Below are positions 26,001-32,000 of a DNA stretch of 32,000 nt, one piece after another; position 1 is the stretch's first letter; the number at the start of each line of letters is the position of its first letter. Below the pieces are notes generated by a model. It made no database searches, was not told the origin of the DNA, and saw only the letters and a program-made list of their open reading frames with translations. Source of the stretch: Sinorhizobium meliloti (lineage in GTDB: Bacteria > Pseudomonadota > Alphaproteobacteria > Rhizobiales > Rhizobiaceae); assembly GCF_017876815.1 (NCBI RefSeq), contig NZ_JAGIOS010000001.1:1290001-1322000 (forward strand). Direction: 5' to 3'. A program made the position numbers and the translations under genes.

Positions 26001-29000
26001 GTGCCCGGACATCCGAACGTCTTCACGATTCCAGCTGGCCTGCCCTTTCTGAGGACGGTCGCGGAAAGGCTCTGCAATGGCGAGCTGACCCCTGGCTTCC
26101 GCTACGATCCGGCGCAGCCGCTGGCACTGGCCGGTGTTACGATCTTCGTGCCGACCCGGCGCTCCGCCCGCGTGCTGCGTTCGGAATTCGTCGATCTGCT
26201 CGGCGGCCGTTCGGCGATCCTGCCGATGATCCGGGCGCTCGGCGAGACCGACGACGACAGCGGCTTCTTCGACGCCGAGGTGCCGGCGATCCTCGACCTC
26301 GCGCCGCCGCTTTCCGGAACGGCACGGCTCATCGAACTCGGCCGCCTCATTCTCGCCTGGCGAAACCGCCTGCCGCAGGTGGTCCTCGACATCCACGCGG
26401 AAAGCCCGCTGATCGCTCCGGCAAGCCCTGCCGACGCCATCTGGCTCGCGCGGAACCTCGCCGAACTCATCGATGCGATCGAGACCGAGGAACTCGACTG
26501 GGATGCCCTCGACGGGCTCGACGGGGGCGAACATGCGCTCTGGTGGCAACTGACGCTCGCCTTCCTAAAGATCGCCCGCACCTATTGGCCGGAGCGGCTG
26601 GCCGAACTCAAGCACTCCTCGCCCGCACGCCACCGCAATGCAGTGCTGAAGGCCGAGACCCAGCGTATCGCCGCCGGCAAAGTGAGCGGGCCGATCATCA
26701 TCGCCGGTTCGACCGGTTCGATCCCGGCGACGGCCGCACTGATCGCCGCGGTCAAGACGCTGCCGAACGGTACGATCGTGCTCCCCGGCCTCGACGGATC
26801 GATGAGCGATGCGGAGTGGCGGCTGATCGCGGGAGAGACGTCCGGCTCCGGCACTTCTGCAAGGAACCCGGCAAGCCGCACCCACCCGCAATATGGATTT
26901 CACCGTCTGCTCAAGCGCATGGGCATCGAACTCGGGGACGTGCCCGCCCTTGCGAGCGCTGCCGATGATCTCGACTATCGCAGCGCGGTCCTTTCGCGGG
27001 CGCTGTTACCGGCCGACGCGACTGACGTCTGGATGGAAGCCCGCCGGAGCTTCGATGCGGAAAGACTCCTCTCCGCCTTTGCGGATGTGGCGCTGATCGA
27101 AGCGGCGAACGAACGCGAAGAGGCAACCGCCATCGCGATCGCGCTTCGGCTCGCGCTCGAAGCCGACGAGGAGAGCCAGGCGGCGCTCATCACCCCCGAT
27201 CGAGGCCTTGCGCGTCGGGTCGGCACCGAGCTTGCCCGCTTCGGTATAGAGGCGGACGATTCCGCCGGCATTCCGCTCTCGGCGACGCCGGCGGGCGCAC
27301 TTGCCCGGCTGCTGCTGGAGGCAACGCTCAGGCCCGACGACCCGGTCGCCCTGGTCGCACTCCTCAAGCATCCGCTGGCGCGCTTCGGCCGGACGGCGGA
27401 CGATGCGCGCCGAGCTGCGGACGTGCTGGAGCTCGCGGCCCTGCGCGGCGGCACCGATGCGGCCGACGTTTCGGCCTTGGAAGCGGTCCTCGACAAGGCG
27501 CTCGACAGGCAGAAGACCGACCGGCACCCGCCGCCCTGGAGAGCGGGTATCGGCCCGGACGATATCGCCATGGCGCGCGCACTCGCACGCCGGATAGCCT
27601 CGGCGGTCGGCCCCCTGTCCAGCAATCTCTCTGCCGACCCGCAAACCGGCCGTCACCGCTCGACCGTGCTGCCCCTTTCGGATTGGGCGGAGCGTACGGG
27701 GCGCGCTCTGGAGGCGGCCGCCATCGACGAGCAAGGCAATCTCGGCGCCCTCTGGGCTTCGGAAGCCGGCGAAATATTGGCGACGCTCCTCAGGGGCATC
27801 ATCGAAACCGATGGCCAGATGGAGGCCGACGGGCCGCAATGGTGCGACATTCTCGAGGCGCTTGCCGCAAGTGAAGCCGTTAAGCCGCGGTCGATGCGCC
27901 ATCCCCGCGTCTTCATTTTCGGAGCGCTCGAATCGCGCCTGCAAAGCGTGGACCTCGTGGTGCTCGGCGGCATGAACGAGGGCACCTGGCCCGGGCAGAC
28001 GTCGAACGATCCGTTCCTTTCGCGAACGATGAAGGCGGGTATCGGTCTGGAGCCGCCGGAGCGGCGCATCGGCCAGCTCGCGCATGACTTCCAGATGGCC
28101 TGCGGCACCCGCCGGCTGATCCTTTCGCGCTCCATGCGTCAGGGATCGGCGCCGACGGTGGCTTCCCGATGGCTGCAGCGCCTTCAGGCGCTCGGCGGCG
28201 AGAGGCTGACGGCGCTGCTCAAGGCAAATGGCGCCGACTATCTCCACTGGATGCGCATTCTCGACCAAGGCGAGCGTCAGCCGTTGTCGGAGCGGCCGGA
28301 ACCGAAGCCTCCCGCGGAGCTGCAGCCCCGAAAATATTCCTTCAGCGAAGTGACGCGGCTGCGCCGCGATCCCTATGCCGTCTACGCGAGGCGCATTCTC
28401 CGGCTGGAACCGATCCAACCGTTCAACCGCGATCCGGGTGCGGCCGAACGCGGCCTGCTCTATCACCGGATCGTCGATCGATTCGTGAAGGGCGGCTTCG
28501 ACCCGGCGGCGCGCGAGGGCGAGGAAGCGATGATCCGGCTCACCGACGAGGCCTTCGACGAGGAGAAACTGCCTGCGCATATCGACACCATCTGGCGGCC
28601 ACGCTTCCAGGCGGTCGGAAGGGCGTTCCTCGAATGGGAACGGGAGCGCCGGCACGGCATTGTGAAATCGTTCACCGAGGTACCGGCGGCGATGGATCTC
28701 GGCATCGGCGATATCCGGCTGACCGGCATCGCCGACCGGCTGGATCGCCTGGCGGACGGAACGATCGACATCATCGACTACAAGACCGGATCGAGCCCCT
28801 CGCCCAAAGAGGCACGGGCGCTTCTCGACCCGCAGCTGGCGCTCGAGGCGGCGGCGCTCAGGGCCGGGGCATTCCGTGTGATCGGTCCGGCTCAGCCGCA
28901 CTCGCTGCGCTATGTCCGGCTGAAGCCGGGCAGCCGGTTTGCCGTCGACACGGTCAACAACGAGGGCGCCCGTTCGAAGGAGACGAAATCTACCGGACAG

Positions 29001-29180
29001 CTGGCGGACGAGTCGCTCGCCGAGCTCCGCAAGCTGCTTTCCGCGCTTATGAGCGGCAGGTTCGGCTTCGCCTCGCGCCTGATCGTTCAGAAACAACGCG
29101 ACTACGGCGGGGAATACGATCATCTGGCGCGCGTCGCCGAATGGGCGACCGCAGATGGCGAGGACGACGATGAGGAGTGA
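26001..29180 (+). CDS. addB: double-strand break repair protein AddB (alphaproteobacterial type)
   Basis: 1059 aa. GTG start 1 nt after the murU stop. C-terminal PD-(D/E)XK nuclease block GIADRLDRLADGTIDIIDYKTGSSPS and an acidic tail. Followed by addA with an 11-nt overlap. Confidence 0.9.
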   Translation: MPGHPNVFTIPAGLPFLRTVAERLCNGELTPGFRYDPAQPLALAGVTIFVPTRRSARVLRSEFVDLLGGRSAILPMIRALGETDDDSGFFDAEVPAILDLAPPLSGTARLIELGRLILAWRNRLPQVVLDIHAESPLIAPASPADAIWLARNLAELIDAIETEELDWDALDGLDGGEHALWWQLTLAFLKIARTYWPERLAELKHSSPARHRNAVLKAETQRIAAGKVSGPIIIAGSTGSIPATAALIAAVKTLPNGTIVLPGLDGSMSDAEWRLIAGETSGSGTSARNPASRTHPQYGFHRLLKRMGIELGDVPALASAADDLDYRSAVLSRALLPADATDVWMEARRSFDAERLLSAFADVALIEAANEREEATAIAIALRLALEADEESQAALITPDRGLARRVGTELARFGIEADDSAGIPLSATPAGALARLLLEATLRPDDPVALVALLKHPLARFGRTADDARRAADVLELAALRGGTDAADVSALEAVLDKALDRQKTDRHPPPWRAGIGPDDIAMARALARRIASAVGPLSSNLSADPQTGRHRSTVLPLSDWAERTGRALEAAAIDEQGNLGALWASEAGEILATLLRGIIETDGQMEADGPQWCDILEALAASEAVKPRSMRHPRVFIFGALESRLQSVDLVVLGGMNEGTWPGQTSNDPFLSRTMKAGIGLEPPERRIGQLAHDFQMACGTRRLILSRSMRQGSAPTVASRWLQRLQALGGERLTALLKANGADYLHWMRILDQGERQPLSERPEPKPPAELQPRKYSFSEVTRLRRDPYAVYARRILRLEPIQPFNRDPGAAERGLLYHRIVDRFVKGGFDPAAREGEEAMIRLTDEAFDEEKLPAHIDTIWRPRFQAVGRAFLEWERERRHGIVKSFTEVPAAMDLGIGDIRLTGIADRLDRLADGTIDIIDYKTGSSPSPKEARALLDPQLALEAAALRAGAFRVIGPAQPHSLRYVRLKPGSRFAVDTVNNEGARSKETKSTGQLADESLAELRKLLSALMSGRFGFASRLIVQKQRDYGGEYDHLARVAEWATADGEDDDEE

Positions 29181-32000
29181 TGCGACAGGCCCGGAGGAGA
29201 GAAGCCCCGAGGGGTGGCTCGACTGGACGACGCAACGGCAGGCGCTCGCCTCCGATCCCGCGTGTTCCGCCTGGGTTTCCGCCAATGCCGGCTCCGGCAA
29301 GACGCATGTGCTCACGCAGCGCGTCATCCGGCTTCTGCTTGCGGGTTGCCGGCCGTCCGCCATCCTCTGCCTGACCTACACGAAGGCGGCCGCCTCCGAG
29401 ATGTCGAACCGCGTGTTCGAGAAACTCGCCGAATGGGCGACCCTCGACGATACCACGCTGGAAAAGCGCATCGAGGCGATCGAAGGCAAGCGGCCGCCCA
29501 CGGCCAAGATCCAGGAGGCCCGCCGGCTGTTCGCGCGCGCCCTGGAAACCCCGGGCGGGCTGAAAATCCAGACGATTCATGCCTTCTGCGAGGCGCTTCT
29601 GCACCAGTTCCCGCTCGAGGCCAATGTCGCAGGGCATTTCTCCGTTCTCGACGACCGCGCAGCGGCGGTGCTGCTCGCCGATGCCCGCAGGGCTCTCTTG
29701 ACCGCCACGGCAGCAGCGAGCGACGGGGAACTGGCGGAGGCCTTCGCCACGGTCCTCGATCTTGCCGACGATACCGGGCTTGAAAAACTGCTTGCGGCGA
29801 TCGTCGCCAACCGGGCGCCGATCCAGGCCTTTCTCGACCACGCCTCCGGACGCGGCGGTATGGAAGCGCATCTGCGGGCAGCGCTCGGCCTCGAACCCGG
29901 CGAGACCGCCGGGACGGTCATGGCCGCGGTCTGGCCGCTGGCGGGGCTAAATGGCCCGGCACTCGATGACTATATCGACCTTGGATTGCGCCTCGGCGGC
30001 GCGAAGCCCTCTGCCATCGCAGACGGCTTGCGGGCCGTCCGCGCGATCGATGACGCCGCCACCCGCTATTCCAAACTCGTGGAACTCTTCTTCAACGGCG
30101 GCGGCAAGCCGAAGGCGGAATCGGCCTTTCTGAACGCCGCCATGCGCCGTGCAGCGCCGCAGCTCGAACTCAGGGTCGAAGAGGCGCGCAGCCATATGCT
30201 CGCCTGCGTGGACCGCCTGAGCATCGTCCAGATGTACGGGGCGACCCGCGCCGCCCTCGTTCTCGCCGAGAGGCTCAACCGCGACTACGAAGCGCTCAAG
30301 AAGGCACGCAGCCAGCTCGATTTCGAGGATCTCATCCACCGCACGGCGGCACTGCTTGCCCGAAGCGACGTCGGTGCCTGGGTGCACTACAAGCTGGATC
30401 AGGGGATCGACCATATCCTCGTCGACGAGGCGCAGGATACGAGTCCCGCTCAGTGGACGATCATCCAGTCGCTCGCGGCGGATTTCTTTGCCGGCGAAAC
30501 GGCGCGTGCGGACGACCGCACGATCTTCGCCGTCGGCGACGAGAAGCAGTCGATCTATTCCTTCCAGGGAGCCCGGCCGGAGCGCTTTTCGCGTGAGAGC
30601 ACGTTGACGGAGCGGCGGGTGCGCGCGGGCAACAAGCACTTCAGCCCCATCCGCCTGCAGCTTTCCTTCCGCTCGACGGTGGACGTGCTCTCCGCCGTCG
30701 ATACGGTCTTTGCAAATCCCGGGAATGCGAGAGGCCTGAGCGCCCGGAGCGAGGCGATCGTGCATGCCTCGAACAGGATCGGCCAGCCGGGCGCCGTCGA
30801 CCTCTGGGATGTGATCGCGCCCGAGCCGGCGGCTTCGGAAGAGGATTGGACCGCTCCTTTCGACGCGACGCCCGAGCGCGCGCCGGTCAACATCCTCGCC
30901 CGGCGCATTGCAGCGGTCCTCGAAGATTGGATCGGCCGGGAGACGGTGATCGAAAAAGGCGTGCGCCGAGCGATGCGGCCCGGCGACGTCATCGTGCTGG
31001 TCCGCAAACGCGACGCCTTCGTCAACGCCCTGACGCGCGCCCTCAAGCGGCGGGGCAATATTCCCGTCGCCGGCGCGGACCGACTGGTTCTGACCAGCCA
31101 TATCGCCGTGCAGGACCTGATCGCGCTCGGCCGGTTCGTGCTTCTGCCCGAGGACGACCTGTCGCTCGCGGCACTGCTGAAGAGCCCGCTCCTCGATCTT
31201 GGCGAGGAGGACGTCTTCGAACTCGCCGCCCGGCGGACCGAGGGCGAAAGCCTCTGGCGGCGGCTGCGGCAGGCGGGCGCGGAGGAGACGAGCCGTTATC
31301 ATGAAGCGGTCCGCACGCTTTCGCGCTATTCCGGCCTGGCGCGGGAACTGCTGCCGCACGATTTCTATGCCCGTGTCCTGGGCGCCGATGGCGGACGGCG
31401 TGCCTTCCTGGCGCGCCTCGGCAGCGAAGTCAGTGATATTCTCGACGAATTCCTCACCTTCGCTCTCGATCATGAAAGGAACGGTCTGCCGGGCCTGCAG
31501 GCTTTCATCTCGACGCTGGAGATCGAAGCGCCGACGGTCAAGCGCGAGCAGGACAAGGAACGCGACGAGGTCCGCGTGATGACCGTACATGCCGCAAAGG
31601 GCCTCGAGGCGCCGGTCGTCTTCCTGGTCGACGGCGGCGGCGAGGCCTTCGTTCGCCAGCAGGTCTCGGACCTGCGCTTCCTGGAGAAAGCGCAGGTCGA
31701 TCATTCCACGCTCACGGTCCCGGTCTGGCGCGCGCCGGGCTCGGCGCCGAACTCGCTCATCGCCGCCGACAACGAGCGGCTGAAGAAGCTCGCCGAGGAG
31801 GAATACCGCCGGCTCCTCTATGTCGGCATGACGCGCGCAGCCGACCGCCTGATCGTCTGCGGCTATCGCGGGCAGCGCCAGAACACCGACACCTGGCATT
31901 CGATGGTGCAGGGGACGCTGGCACAGGACCTCAAGGGCCGCGGAACGCCGAGGCTTTTCCGCGCCGGAAGCGAGGAGTGGCAGGGGATAGCCTGGCGCGA
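29170..32000 (+). CDS. addA: double-strand break repair helicase AddA (UvrD/Rep superfamily 1; 3' end beyond the window)
   Basis: Not in the ORF track because there is no stop within the window. Translation from ATG 29170 reads MRSDATGPEERSPEGWLDWTTQRQALASDPACSAWVSANAGSGKTHVLTQRV (Walker A). Also in this frame are HILVDEAQDTSPAQW (motif II, about 30410) and VMTVHAAKGLEAPVVFLVDG (motif VI, about 31576). I checked that these three landmarks share one frame but did not scan every codon. Confidence 0.9.
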   Translation, partial: MRSDATGPEERSPEGWLDWTTQRQALASDPACSAWVSANAGSGKTHVLTQRVIRLLLAGCRPSAILCLTYTKAAASEMSNRVFEKLAEWATLDDTTLEKRIEAIEGKRPPTAKIQEARRLFARALETPGGLKIQTIHAFCEALLHQFPLEANVAGHFSVLDDRAAAVLLADARRALLTATAAASDGELAEAFATVLDLADDTGLEKLLAAIVANRAPIQAFLDHASGRGGMEAHLRAALGLEPGETAGTVMAAVWPLAGLNGPALDDYIDLGLRLGGAKPSAIADGLRAVRAIDDAATRYSKLVELFFNGGGKPKAESAFLNAAMRRAAPQLELRVEEARSHMLACVDRLSIVQMYGATRAALVLAERLNRDYEALKKARSQLDFEDLIHRTAALLARSDVGAWVHYKLDQGIDHILVDEAQDTSPAQWTIIQSLAADFFAGETARADDRTIFAVGDEKQSIYSFQGARPERFSRESTLTERRVRAGNKHFSPIRLQLSFRSTVDVLSAVDTVFANPGNARGLSARSEAIVHASNRIGQPGAVDLWDVIAPEPAASEEDWTAPFDATPERAPVNILARRIAAVLEDWIGRETVIEKGVRRAMRPGDVIVLVRKRDAFVNALTRALKRRGNIPVAGADRLVLTSHIAVQDLIALGRFVLLPEDDLSLAALLKSPLLDLGEEDVFELAARRTEGESLWRRLRQAGAEETSRYHEAVRTLSRYSGLARELLPHDFYARVLGADGGRRAFLARLGSEVSDILDEFLTFALDHERNGLPGLQAFISTLEIEAPTVKREQDKERDEVRVMTVHAAKGLEAPVVFLVDGGGEAFVRQQVSDLRFLEKAQVDHSTLTVPVWRAPGSAPNSLIAADNERLKKLAEEEYRRLLYVGMTRAADRLIVCGYRGQRQNTDTWHSMVQGTLAQDLKGRGTPRLFRAGSEEWQGIAWR

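Noticed and set aside
1-32000. Search for tRNA, rRNA, tmRNA, integrase, phage, toxin-antitoxin, restriction-modification or other defence modules.
   Set aside because: I recognised no T-loop or anticodon-arm signatures and no relevant protein motifs. Apart from the IS and repeat patch, every sizeable ORF is accounted for by housekeeping families.

Overview
GC-rich core chromosomal segment of a Rhizobiaceae-type alphaproteobacterium. It looks Sinorhizobium/Ensifer-like, judged from the ChvI/ExoS-type proteins, gene order and RIME-type palindromic repeats; this is inference, no search was run. Gene order left to right: partial cytochrome P450 (-), secreted DUF1402 protein (-), hslU-GNAT-hslV heat-shock protease operon (-), histidine cluster hisB-DUF2628-hisH-hisA-hisF-hisE translationally coupled to coaA (+). 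A short accessory patch at about 9.54-11.32 kb follows, with an intact ISAs1-family IS inserted in a hairpin repeat and a 412-bp foldback repeat element. Then come alkB (-), a BON/LysM protein (-), arfB (-) and pckA (-), divergent from chvI-chvG(exoS)-hprK (+). Next are the PTS regulatory genes EIIA-Man and HPr (+), ahcY (+), a multi-PAS histidine kinase (+), a TsaE/AmgK-like fusion plus murU (+), and addB-addA (+, addA truncated by the window edge). Many long ORFs in the track are antisense or off-frame shadows of these genes, as expected in GC-rich DNA, and were rejected. I see no CRISPR array, tRNA/rRNA gene, prophage or recognisable defence or toxin system. The unusual content is repeat architecture: RIME-like double palindromes in inverted orientation bracketing chvG-hprK, an IS-in-hairpin insertion and a MITE-like foldback element. 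There are also several tight gene couplings or fusions (hslV-GNAT-hslU, chvG-hprK, TsaE-AmgK). All coordinates, repeats and motifs come from manual reading. Family names are assigned from recognisable motifs, not from database searches.
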